The notes under the pieces: generated by a model
Seen by the model: the letters and a program-made list of their open reading frames with translations, nothing else
What the model was told of the DNA's origin: nothing
Databases searched by the model: none
Source: Lama glama
Taxonomy: Eukaryota
NCBI GenBank assembly: GCA_028534125.1
Contig: CM052817.1
Span: 68,264,001 to 68,328,000, forward strand
Direction: 5' to 3'
Length of the DNA: 64,000 nucleotides
Position numbers and translations under genes: made by a program
Shown: positions 52,961-64,000 of the stretch, piece by piece
How the letters are laid out: each line of letters starts with the position of its first letter
How positions within the stretch are numbered: position 1 is the first letter of the stretch

Positions 52961-53968
52961 AAATTGAGCATAGTCTTCCTACCTTGGTTATTTCACTGGA
53001 TTGCTGTAATAATTTTTTGAAAGTTGCTGATGTGTTGTACAAAGGACATAGAATATGAACCCAGAATTTGATACATGACATTCTTTTCCACTTATTCGCT
53101 ATGATTCAGGCTAGCCACTTTATCTCTCTTAGTCTCAGTTTCACATCTGTAAAAGTGAACATGCTAATACTATTATCATAGAACTATTGGGAAGATCATC
53201 AAGATAATGCCTTGTGAGCCATAGTAGATAAGGCTAGCATGAGTTGATTTTAGTAGCAAACTATAGTCTAAAGTGTTATTATCATGTTGAACTGAGTTTC
53301 ACTGCATTCAAAATGAGATCAGGCCAGATGATCCATAAGATCCCTTGTAAATCTCTTGTAAAATGATCTACATAATATGGCAATATTTTTTATACTTGTG
53401 AACCTTTCTACTAGCAGGAAGCTTAGAAATCATCTCCCCTAATAACACGTAGCCCAGCAGTCCATTTTATGTGCAAAGGTGAAACAAACACACTGAAACT
53501 CAAAAAGCTTGTTTTCATGAATAGAAAAGCCTACACTTTTCATGACATGAAGCTTTTAAATATTGGGATCATGGATGTAATTAAATCTGTAATCTTAATG
53601 TGTAGAAATTTAATACAACTTATTAGAATAGCCAAGCTTATGATGAATATTTTTATAAAAATATAATAATATAACTGATATGTATTAAATTCTTACCCTA
53701 TGATAGGCGTTACAATTGTTATCTAATTCTTAACCTTCCTCTCATCAGCCACTAACAATTAATTGGAGTTGAAACATCCCTAACCTGTAACAATCTATAA
53801 CAACAAGACGCCCCGCTAGTGTATTTACCATCCAGTAACACCAGACTTGTGTAACTTCAGCAAGATCGTAGCAAAATTTTCTTTGTATTCTGTTAGTTTA
53901 TTTATTAAGTTCTATCTCTAATCAAAATGTGTTCAAGCATACAAATATATTTTGAATGTTTTTCTTAC

Positions 53969-54156
53969 ATGGGTCCCCAGCCACTCCTCATTCTAACTAA
54001 CTTGTAGCTTGGTAAAATAGGGCAAGAAAAGAAAGAGAAAAGTTGAAAGTGGCAGCTTTCCTCCACGTGTCTCTTTATACTTGGGAATTCAGAGCCCTTG
54101 TCCCCAACCCTGACTGTCTTTTGAGAAAATTTCTGAATGGGACCTCCATTGTCATC
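53969..54156 (-). pseudogene. Exon remnant (188 nt, phase 0-2), fully open
   Basis: ttttttttgttctccaaag|DDNGGPIQKFSQKTVRVGDKGSEFPSIKRHVEESCHFQLFSFFSCPILPSYKLVRMRSGWGP-AT|gtaaga. AT plus G (47619) gives ATG. Confidence 0.65.
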
Positions 54157-54899
54157 CTTTGGAGAACAAAAAAAAGGTAAAAGAACTTAATAACACTTTG
54201 AGATTTTGCCTTGATTTCTTCTCTGAATGATAAATCAGTTGGATGCCAACTGATTAACGAACTAGATCTGGAAGAGTAAATAACTACAAAGCTCAAATGG
54301 CAATAGCAGGTGTTATTGTCAACTGGTTCCTCTCACCAGCATAATCCCTTTTATTTGAAATCAGTCAAAAGTATCCAGAAGAAAAATGTATAGTAAAAGT
54401 TAGCCACTTTTCTAAGGAAAAAGAAAAGGAATGGGAGAAGGGATTACTATTATAGAATAAAAGATGTGAGATATGTTGACTCAGTCAATTTGAATAACTA
54501 ATTTCAGTCTTGAGTCAAGTAAATAAATTTTCAAAAAGACATTTTTCAGATAACTGAAGAATATGCACACAAAATTGGTATTAGGTGATATTAAGAAATT
54601 ATTGCTAATTTTATTGGGTTCACTCTCATGATTATGTTAGAGAAAAGAAAGCCCTTGTCTGTTAAATATACATACTGAAATATTTAGAGGTAAAATAATA
54701 TGATTGTGTGGGATTTTCTTTAAGATTACCTCAGCGGAAAGATTCAGGTTGGGGATAGGTTTCAAAATAGTGCCATTTTTTGAAGCTGGGTGATAAGTAA
54801 CACAACTTCATTATACTATTCTCCCCAACTTTTGTATATGTTTTTAAATTCCCATTTTAATTTTTAATTTTTTTCTTAATTGAGAAACAGTTTCTCCCA

Positions 54900-55165
54900 G
54901 CAAAAAATTTATCATGCTTGTTGGTGGTTATCGGTTGCAAAGTTAATTATGCCACTGGATGGTTTCAGAGTTAAGAGTCTTGCCTCAGATTTTCTGCAGC
55001 ATTCTGTTATAGAAAATGTCTAGTTTTTCTTTGATAACCCCGTATTTCTTGGTAGAGAACATAATCAAAATCCTGACCATCAACTCTATATGAAAATGTT
55101 CTCCCATCTGTTAAGTTTCCAAAACCTATCTCTGTATGTAATCTTTTTATCTTCAAGTTTAATTT
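54900..55165 (-). pseudogene. Exon remnant, boundaries decayed
   Basis: Pyrimidine tract at 55166-55195, then KLNLKIKRLHTEIGFGNLTDGRTFSYRVDGQDFDYVLYQEIRGYQ; abuts an L1 fragment (~54450-54870). Confidence 0.5.
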
Positions 55166-55879
55166 TGGATGAAACAGAACAAAATAGGGAATAGACAATA
55201 TCATGGTTAAAATGGGGAAGAAAAAGCTAGAACAGATGGGAATGATGGGGAAAGGGAATTAAATTGCACAATGCATCACTGACTGGAGCCAGATGTGACT
55301 ATATTTTCAGGGGAGAAAATTCTCATGAGGAGGCCAGTTTCCTATAAAGTAACGCTGTAGACACATGATAAAAACATTGTGAAAGATATTACCGAGACCT
55401 TCTTCAGTCAACTCAAAAATTAAATTTAGCTGCTATTTTGTATCCTTTCCAAAGGAAATATTTTCTTTTTAAAAAAATATATATCATAGCTTTTATTTTA
55501 ATATTATGAAAGTGGCATAATGGTATAACAGAAATTTTAAAAATGAAAAGAGAAAATACTATAAAACCAAACAACTGATACCATTTGCGGATCATTCTTT
55601 CCAGTCTTTCTATTTGCTTATGATGCAGTCATACAGACAAAAATGCATGTTGTAATTTTTTTTACTTAACGGTTATTTCATGGGCATCTTCCATATTCAA
55701 ATCTTAAATCCTTTGCAATCTCACAGACTTTTTGAGAAGTCCATTTTGTTCATGAATACAGTGACAAAGGGCTACCAGACATATTCTCAGAAGTCCAAAT
55801 TATGATTCGGGCTTTTAAGAATAATCGCCCATTAATTTCCCAGTTCATTTAAATATATTTTATTAGGAGTAGCTCTTAC

Positions 55880-56180
55880 ACCCAATTCATATGAAATATA
55901 TTTCCTTAATGGGTATGTGCACGTGCAGGAGCAGCCTTGAGGAAAGATCAAGGAACGTGAAAAGCTGTGGATTCCATTTTGGGCACTGAGATTTGTGCCA
56001 TGCTTCTCAGGCTGAACTAGAGTTAGAAAGGTTTCATCCCAATGCTCTGAGGTGAGATAAAAATCCTTCTTGAATTTATTATACGGTTCAAATGACTTGT
56101 TCACCCCCCAGGACATCGCTGAAATAGGTAGTGTGATACACAATTCAGTGATCCACATTTGAGATGTGCCTTGGTAAACA
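55880..56180 (-). pseudogene. Exon remnant (at least 301 nt), 100 open codons
   Basis: ccttctttttattcag|T-VYQGTSQMWITELCITLPISAMSWGVNKSFEPYNKFKKDFYLTSEHWDETFLTLV...YELG|gtaaga. May extend to ~55670 via a frameshift (WEINGRLFLKARIIIWTSENMSG). Confidence 0.6.
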
Positions 56181-56599
56181 CTGAATAAAAAGAAGGTAAA
56201 TTCTCCAGAGAAGCAACCACTTTACTTTTTATGTTGAAGACAGACAACTGTGCCTATTTGGAGCATTACTTATTCACAGTTGTAAGAAGAACTCTGCTGA
56301 GCCACTAAAAATGTGTAAGTAGTGATGACTGCTAAAGAAGATACAAAAGAGGAAGTAGGAATTATGATGGGGGGAAATTAAAGACAAAAATTAAATTATT
56401 TGTCTTGATTCTAAGTTGGCTCTGACTCATGAGTGCTATAGCTGCTTCCCAAGTCGTGGGCCTCTGTGAGCCTGGGCTAGGTAATCACAGTCACCTTGTA
56501 AGATTGCTGTGAGGATGACATGAGATAATGTACGTAAAACACACAGCTCTTGGCACGCAGTGAATGCTAGAGGAATGGTAGCTAGCTGTTAACCTTTAT

Positions 56600-57190
56600 T
56601 TCCCACCTTCCCCTCGTTTCGCTCTACCCCCATCCAATTAATCACTAAGTCTTATGGTTGGATTGTCTTTTGAGTTCTCTCTCTCAAATTCTTCTGTGCC
56701 CCATGTCTTCCGTCACTGCCCTATTAAAGACTATCATTGTTTCTCATATGGGTTATTGCAACAGGCTACTAATCCATCTCACTGCCTATAGTCCATTCTC
56801 TACTTCACATCTGGAAAGATTCTTAAAAACACAAATCTGGATATGTCATTCTTAGGCTTTAAGATTCTTCAGTGCCTTCCCAGTGCCTTTAGATAAAGTT
56901 CTACTTCCTTAACACGGCTTCTGTGTGTTACTCCTGCCTAACTCACCAACCTCCCCAACTCTCTGTGCTTTACCTGTGATGCCCTATGTTCAGCTCCATT
57001 GCCTGAAACATTCCTCCTCCCCCTTCACCCTATCCTTAGGTGTTGATTCTCCTTGGAGCTCCCTTTGTTTTAGATATTTCCATTATCATAGTTCTATGTA
57101 CTATATATTTTAATTATATGTTTACTTGTCAGTGCCTTACCCTCCCAAGACTGTAAGCTCATTGATCAGGGACAGTGTCTGTCTTATTGG
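56600..57190 (+). mobile_element. LINE-2 3' fragment
   Basis: ttattgcaacaggctactaa; aaaacacaaatctggatatgtca; agactgtaagctcattgatcagggacagtgtctgtctt. Confidence 0.65.
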
Positions 57191-57969
57191 TTAAGAGCAT
57201 CATAAATATTGGAAGAAAAAAGTAACAGGGGAAGAGAAGGAGAGGGGAGCAAAACAACAGAATTCATTCCAACACATGTACTTATTTTGATGTCATTGAA
57301 TTGAATTGAGTTGCAAATAAATTTTGCCTTTATTTTAAACTCAACTTCTGTTTCACATTTACTTTTTCTAATACCATACTTGTATTTTTATATGCATAAT
57401 TAAGGGGAGGTGCTTTACAATGTGCAGTTTCTATCTCAAATCTCAGTATATACTACATAATCTTGCTTCTCTCCTCCCACCCCTACTCACCCAGTCAAAC
57501 TCTTGCTTCCACTGGCCACTAAAAGAGATTAATTAGTTTCTGGATTTTTTTTTAATCTGTATAAATTATGTGAATGTAGCATGAAGCCCACTCTGACAAA
57601 ACTATGCTGTGCTCTCTTTGAAGTTGGATTAAGGGCTCACTAAACAGGGTGTGCCCATTAAATTATAATGTTGTAAGCTTGAATCCTAAAAACATGTACT
57701 GCTGATATTTTGGGTTTTAATAGGATTAGCTCCACTATGAAAGAATTTGAGAACTTATGTTTCTGTGAAACTATGTTTATGAGTTAATTTGATGTGAAAA
57801 GAGATGAACTGCTTTTCCTTCTATATCAAAAAAAGATTTATTTGTTTATACTCCGGGGATTTGAGAAATGTATGGAAAATTAGCATCACATTAGATATTT
57901 TAATCCTTATGAATCTATATAACAATGTTTTCTTATTCATGTTCTTGATATGTAAAGTTAAAAACATCT

Positions 57970-58340
57970 TAACTGTATGACATTCTGGAAAAGGCAAAAC
58001 TATAGTGACAGTAAAGAGATCAGTGGTTACTGTGTCGGGTGAGGAGAGGAGAAATGACTAAGTGGAACACAGGATTTTTAGAGCAATGAAAATATTGTGT
58101 ATGATACTACAGTTGTGGGTACATGTCATTATACATTTGTCAAAATCCATAGACCGTACAACACCAAGAGTGTACCCTATAGACCTGGGTGATAGTGATG
58201 TCGGTTCATCATGTGTAACGATGACTTGGGATCTGATGTTGGCACAGGATTTGGTAGTAGGGGAGTTGTGCATGAGGAGTAGAGGGTATATGGGAGCTCT
58301 AATTTTTGCTCAGTTTTGCTGTGAACCTAAAACTACTCTG
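57970..58340 (+). mobile_element. Old L1M 3' UTR fragment
   Basis: atgacattctggaaaaggcaaaactatagtgacagtaaagagatcagtggtt...ttttgctgtgaacctaaaactactct. Confidence 0.8.
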
Positions 58341-60559
58341 AACACACACACACATTTTACTATATCTTCAGTGTGTTTTTTCCTGAATTGCCCAAATATT
58401 TAACAACTCTATGGTCTATAGAATGTCTTCTATTGTAAATAGAGGCATGGAAATGTAAATGACTTTAGCATTTGATATCCACCAGCAAAGTACATTCATA
58501 TATGAAAAAAAATTTATTGCAGTCTTTTACATTTCCAAAATTTGAGTTGGATTTTTCTTTTTATTTCTACCATGTTCACTTTTTTAAAGTTTATTATTTC
58601 TGCTTTTATCTTACTGTTTTCTTCCTTGTATATGATGTTTTTTATGTACTTATTTCTTGGATCAAATGCTTCAATCGTTTACATTTCCATGCTTCTTGTT
58701 TTCCAACAAGCGTACTTCTATTAAAGGCTGTAGACTTTTTTTTTCTGATACCTGCTTTGACTGTATTTCTTAAGTTTTTATACAGTGTTCTCATTGTTAT
58801 TCACATCTTAATAGTATGTGGTTCAATTTTGATTAATATTTTCATCCTCGAGTTATTTATGGAGTAAATTTCAAGGTGCTTGCTTAGTGTTTGTTCTGAT
58901 GACTTTATGAGTTTTGATCACGTTATGATCAGAATCTCCAACCTAGTGCATGATCAATTTTGTCAATGTTCATGTAAAAATGTGAGTTCTGTCTATGTTG
59001 GACACAAAGTTTATATGTGTGCATGTGTGTATGTGTTCATAAATAAAATATCTTAGATTCTTTTGAAACACCTAGAAACATTATGTAATCTCCCTTGAAA
59101 TAGCAGGCTGGAGCTGAGTAGGAAGCCTGTCCCCACATACACTCACATAGGGAGGCCATTCACTCCTCAGCTCCAGCCTATTCTGTATGTAAACACATAC
59201 ATATATAACAGAGATCGAAAGGTATATAAACATCTGCAGATAGTTTACCTAGTTCATTATTTAAACATTCAATTCCCTTACATTTTATTGATTAAATTGT
59301 AAAATGTGTATTATAGTTTCCACTTTGATAATGGCTTGTCAAAGCCTTCTTTCATTCTAAATTATTTGTTTAATAGGCTTTGATACTTTGCCATTTGTGC
59401 ATAAAAATTCACAACTGGCGCATACCAGTAGAGTCTACCTTTCAAATAGTGTGCTATTTGATTATTTTAGCCTTGAATTATCTTATCTGATATTAATATT
59501 GCAGCTCCTATTTCTTTTTGCTAGCTTTTTACCTGGAATATTGTTATTCACCCTTTTATTTCCAATTTTTTCCCTACCATTTTATTTTAGTTGAATTTTT
59601 TATTGTTATTAATTCTGAAAATCCATATCTATGGTGGCCAGATATAACATTCACCATGTTTGGTCTTCTGTAGGCCATCTGGCTTTTTCTTTTATTCATC
59701 ATTGTTTCTTATTATGTTCAGTTTTCTCTTTTTCTGAATTTTGCTAGATTGATCACATTTTCTTGTCCCCTTCCCACTTTCTAACTTTGGTTTGTGGTGT
59801 GAAAGTCACAAACTGGTAGCCCTTAAGCCAGGGGAAAACACACTTGTGTTCCTTGGCCCATACACTGCTAAAACATTTTTTTAAATTATTTGCCAACTTT
59901 TAAGAAGCTACAGATTTGTATATGGACATTTTTTGGAACTGGCTAAGTGGAGTTGGATCAAATATACATTTAGTTTGGATTTAGGGGCTATATTTATGTG
60001 GCTTGTAGTCATTTCCAGGTACAGTAGAGTTCTTGCCATCCATCCCAGCAGAGGATTGACGTCCAAGAAGTTCCTATAGCCCTCTGTGCTGACTCCATTC
60101 CTTTCTAGGAAGAATGTTTCCAGCACCTCAAAAAGACCTATTGGGAAATGGAGGAGGGCTGGTGAGGGGTGGTAAGAGAAGAAGATAATGTGTGTGTTTG
60201 GAATTCAGCAAAGGAAGCCCAGTTTGTCAGTATAGGTTCACAGACAGCAGCCCATTCTTGGGAGTTTGGTACCAGACTTCCTGGGTAGTTTGTTAGAGAC
60301 CAGAATTCATATTCTTTCTCACTATGTCTTCCCTTTTACTTTCCTGCCCTTCCCTCCACCCCCTCTTTTTTTTTTCTTTTTATTTGAGTGCATAAATAAG
60401 TAGTTGGTATAAATCACATGAAGATCGTTGTACTGTACTTTAAAAGGAATGGAATTCTAAACAAAGATTGCTAAGAGTGCAGAGCATGAAATTCACATGT
60501 TAAAAGGCAAGAATTCCTTCAACTTTCTGTCATGCCTAGCTCAGAATGAAACTGTCTGT

Positions 60560-61790
60560 CCTGTTTCAAGCCAGTCCCATCAATAGGCTCTTACTGCCAT
60601 GCCTGTCATTTCCTGAGTGTCTTTACCATCAAACCTCTTTCCTCCCATGTCTCCCTGTGGCTTCAAAGCTTAACTTTTTGAAAGTGGGGTCTACTTTATG
60701 TCTGTATTTACTTACATCTCATTCACTCTTAAACTCTCTGCCATCTGCCTGTTTTCTGCATCACTTTACTGAAACTAAGTTATCTAGAGTCATCTCTCTA
60801 GGGCGACCTTCTCTCTGTCACATTCACTGGACGTGTTTCAGTCCTTAACTCATGAAACCTGTCTGCAGCATGTATCACTGTTCAGCTCCTCCTTGGTAAC
60901 AGTCCAGGCTCTTGCTCTTGCTTCTGTGGCAGCATGCTCTCCTGGTTGTGACTTCACCTAGTCTTCTTTAGTGGCTTTTATTCCTCACTCTGCTCTTTAA
61001 ATATTGCTATTCCCTAGGTTCTGATTCTACTCTCTTCTCTTCCATAGCCCATATTCTCCCTGGGTCACTTTATCTTACTTCCATGGCTTTGGCCACCCCA
61101 TGTATTCTGTTAACTCTCAAATTCGTTTCTATCCTGAGCTCCTGACATGTATATCCAAGACTGTTTTCATCTCTCTAGCTGGAGGTGCCATTGTGCCAAA
61201 ACCTGGACATGCATAAAGCTAAACTCATCCTTTCCTCTTCCCATATGCTCACTTCCATTCCTATGCTCTGTCCTTCCTCTCAAAACTCTTTCTCTTCAAT
61301 TAAGAGTACAGTGTTAACATCTCCTCAATTTCCCAAGTTAGAAACATGGGAGGCATCTTTGGTTCTTCCCCTGTCTCTCATTCTTATTCAGCCATTCTAC
61401 TTATTTCTCAAATTCTTCTTCTCTTCTTTATTCCTTCTTCACTTTTCTCTCTAGCTCAGGTTTAATCATCCTCAGACGTCATTGCCAGATTTCCCTCCTT
61501 TTTTCTCATCTCATCATTGCTCCACCTCTAACACACACAGACAGACACAGATACCCAGAAGAGAGTACTTCACATATGTGCTTTCACAGCACTCATTGTG
61601 TAGCTCTGTTTTAGGACTTACCGCAATGTATCATAATGGTCTATTTACCTACCTGTTCCTATGTGCAGCCTTTCCCACAATTTGAGATCCCAAAGGGTAG
61701 TGACTATTTCATACTCATCTTTGTGACCTCTGGGATATATCACAGGGCATGGGCCATGATAGAAATAAAATAAGTGCTTGTGGAATAAAT
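60560..61790 (+). mobile_element. LINE-2 fragment
   Basis: Pyrimidine-rich L2-like sequence ending aaataagtgcttgtggaataaat. Confidence 0.6.
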
Positions 61791-62148
61791 TTAAATTAGA
61801 AGCAAGAGATATTAACCATTGAAGTGGGTTTCACAGAAGGCTATAAAATCTCCTTTTTTGATCTTACGTAAAAATTTACAAATACCACATAGGCAATTGT
61901 GCCTGATGTCACTATGATTTCCTGGAGACTTTCCTAGGTTTTAAGAGTACTAAGTTTGAAATTTCTTTCGGGTATGGACGTGAAGAAAAGTGAGAAATAC
62001 CAGTTTTATTCTTATAAACTAAAATAATGTTTTTTGTGAATTCACATGACACAAAATGCTAAATTGTTTCACAGAGAGGCAAAGTGTGGAAGAGAATATT
62101 CAAAAATGATACCAGTTGCGATGATGCATAATAGTTGCCCAATAAATA

Positions 62149-62790
62149 CAGTAAATCCCCTTATTCATAGTAGTTATGTTCTATAAAATCACTGCAAACA
62201 CTGAAATAGCAGATACTGAACCATTGCTCTTGGGGAAATATAGGATTAGTTTCCTGCGAGCCTCTGGTCACATTTTTGTCAATCGAGCATACATAACCTT
62301 ATGTGTATTTCTGTTTAAAGACATCTTATTTAATATATATTGTTGACTAACATTGAACTCACAGCCAACAGCACTATAATGCGTGCCTGAATTAAGTTTA
62401 TCTAATGCACACATTTTCTCCATAAGGCTTATCCTAACCGTCTTGCACTGAAGAACACTAGACAGTACTTTAGCACTATGCTTGGGAACCATTTTAAAAT
62501 GCAAAATCACCAACAAAAAAAGCACAAAAATATGAAAAGATATGGGACCAAGTAGACCATGAAAAGGACACTTGTTTCCAGTATGAGAGCTGAAACATGA
62601 AGGCAGAGCATTGCCTTGTTCAGCCTCAGCTGGAAACATGTATGTCAGGCCATTCATATTTTTTGTTGCTCTGTTCATGTCCATGAATAACTATGAAAGC
62701 ACCACAAGTATTGATTCTGAGGTTACAAATAAATTTTAGTGAGTAAGAAAATTCACAAACATGGAGTCTGTGGATAATGAGAATCGCCTG
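62149..62790 (-). mobile_element. MER82-type (TcMar-Tigger) non-autonomous DNA transposon, near full length
   Basis: TA-flanked decayed TIRs (TA-cagtaaatccccttattc ... ataatgagaatcgcctg-TA). The minus ORF retains a transposase N-terminal HTH remnant (ISLMEKMCALDKLNSGTHYSAVGCEFNV). Confidence 0.85.
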
Positions 62791-63309
62791 TATTTCATTT
62801 GTTCATTCTATGCTAGGGCTTGGAGGTACCAAGATGAATGAGTGCAGACCTTGTTAAATAAATTGTTAGGGTTTTGGGGTTAAAATGATTTTTCTTTCCT
62901 CCTCCTCCTCTTTCTTCTTCAAAACTTCTTTTATAAAATAACAGGTATAAACTCTGATCTAATTTTACAAAATTGAATAAAGACGTAAACATTTATCTTT
63001 TATGAATAGTAGGACTTTGGTTTGAAGTTCATCAATATGTTATTCGATTCACCCTTCTACAATAGTAAGCCTGAAATAGTCTCTGAGTTTTTTGGCAGAG
63101 ACAAAAATGGATAATTATGTCAGGAACAAAAATTGAAAGTAAATAAAATTAGAAGCAAGCTTTTGATGTCAGATTTAGAAAGGCTATTCACACCAAGATT
63201 ACATGAAACCACCTGTCATTTTCTTATAGTAATTTATGTTTACTTTTCTATCTTCTCTGTTTAAAATTTTCTCTTCCAAGAGACATTCCATGGGTGCTTA
63301 TGAAGCCAA

Positions 63310-63550
63310 ATTGATGGAGTCAAACAGATGTGGTCTCTAGTGCCTCTTTTTTTGTACTTACTGGCTATGTGACTGGACAAATTAATAACTTTCTGAGCAT
63401 CCTTTTTCCTCAGTTGTAAAATAAGGATACTGAAGGATATCCTCAGTTGTAAAATGGGAATAATATTAGTGAGAATATCTTCAGTTATAAAATGAAGATA
63501 ATGTTATGGGGATGAAGTGAGATACTATATAAAAATTACTTAGACTAGCT
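63310..63550 (+). mobile_element. MIR with internal triplication
   Basis: tacttactggctatgtgactggacaaatta...cctcagttgtaaaat present three times. Confidence 0.65.
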
Positions 63551-64000
63551 AGAGACTGACATGCTTTGTTTCTTCATTTCCCCAGAGAGAGGGAGCAGAC
63601 TCTTGAAACACTTGTATGTTAGAGAAAAGGGTTCCATTGCCTTCAGAGGTAAATGTAACTGTGTAAAGAATTCTTAAGCCACAACTGTCTTCTATCAAAA
63701 CTCTTTAAATCTTGCTCCTTTGCATTTCATGTAATACTCTAGGGAAATCTGAAGCCAACCTGTCTTTTGTATATATGTAGATAAACAGTTATCCTGCCTT
63801 AAGCCATAATACTTAACATGTTTCAGCTGACTAAATTCTAGTTCAGTTCTTTTTCCTCAGGAAAGGCAATAGTCTTTTCATTAACTTTGCCAGAGCAGGT
63901 GAGTTCTTTCAAATATAATTCATAATTTTTGTCTAGGAAAATTTCCTTCCCTCAAGACAATATTTCTTCAAGTAAAATTTTCATTCCATTTATTCTGGCC

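Noticed and set aside
30818..56180. Nested antisense gene as currently functional
   Set aside because: Multiple in-frame stops, required frameshifts, a GT>AT donor and a probable exonic L1 argue for a pseudogene in this genome.
62268..62684. 138-aa ORF as a domesticated transposase
   Set aside because: It lies within a MER82-type element with only a decayed HTH remnant and no catalytic domain.
20387..64000. GSTCD exon 6 and later exons
   Set aside because: I saw no plus-strand block continuing the protein after PKEG. Intron 5 is very long in mammals, so they probably lie beyond the window.
1..64000. CRISPR arrays, operons, rRNA or other prokaryotic systems
   Set aside because: The sequence is mammalian intron/exon DNA; no repeat-spacer array or rRNA-like sequence seen.

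Overview
Mammalian genomic DNA, probably camelid (inferred from tRNA-derived SINEs and a young L1 3' end resembling camelid families). The window holds the CpG-island bidirectional promoter (~1.5-2.1 kb) that in mammals is shared by INTS12 (- strand) and GSTCD (+ strand). It also holds GSTCD non-coding exon 1 and coding exons 2-5 (9445-9864, 10471-10938, 16094-16345, 20293-20386; 411 codons + 1 nt), then ~43.6 kb of the long intron 5, which runs off the end of the window. The intron is rich in L1, L2, MIR, LTR and Tigger relics. Main unexpected observation: between ~30.8 and ~56.2 kb the MINUS strand carries a chain of about 15 non-repetitive exon-like blocks. Most have AG/GT ends, several are fully open, and most junctions I could test are phase-compatible. 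Others carry stops, frameshifts, a dead donor or an L1 insertion. This looks like a decayed multi-exon protein-coding gene nested antisense in GSTCD intron 5; I cannot name the protein, and it was assembled by eye. Also notable: a TSD-flanked, tail-less 5' half of tRNA-Gly(GCC), donor-like hexamers at the start of GSTCD exons 2-4, and a 54-bp TSD-flanked L1 stub near exon 4.
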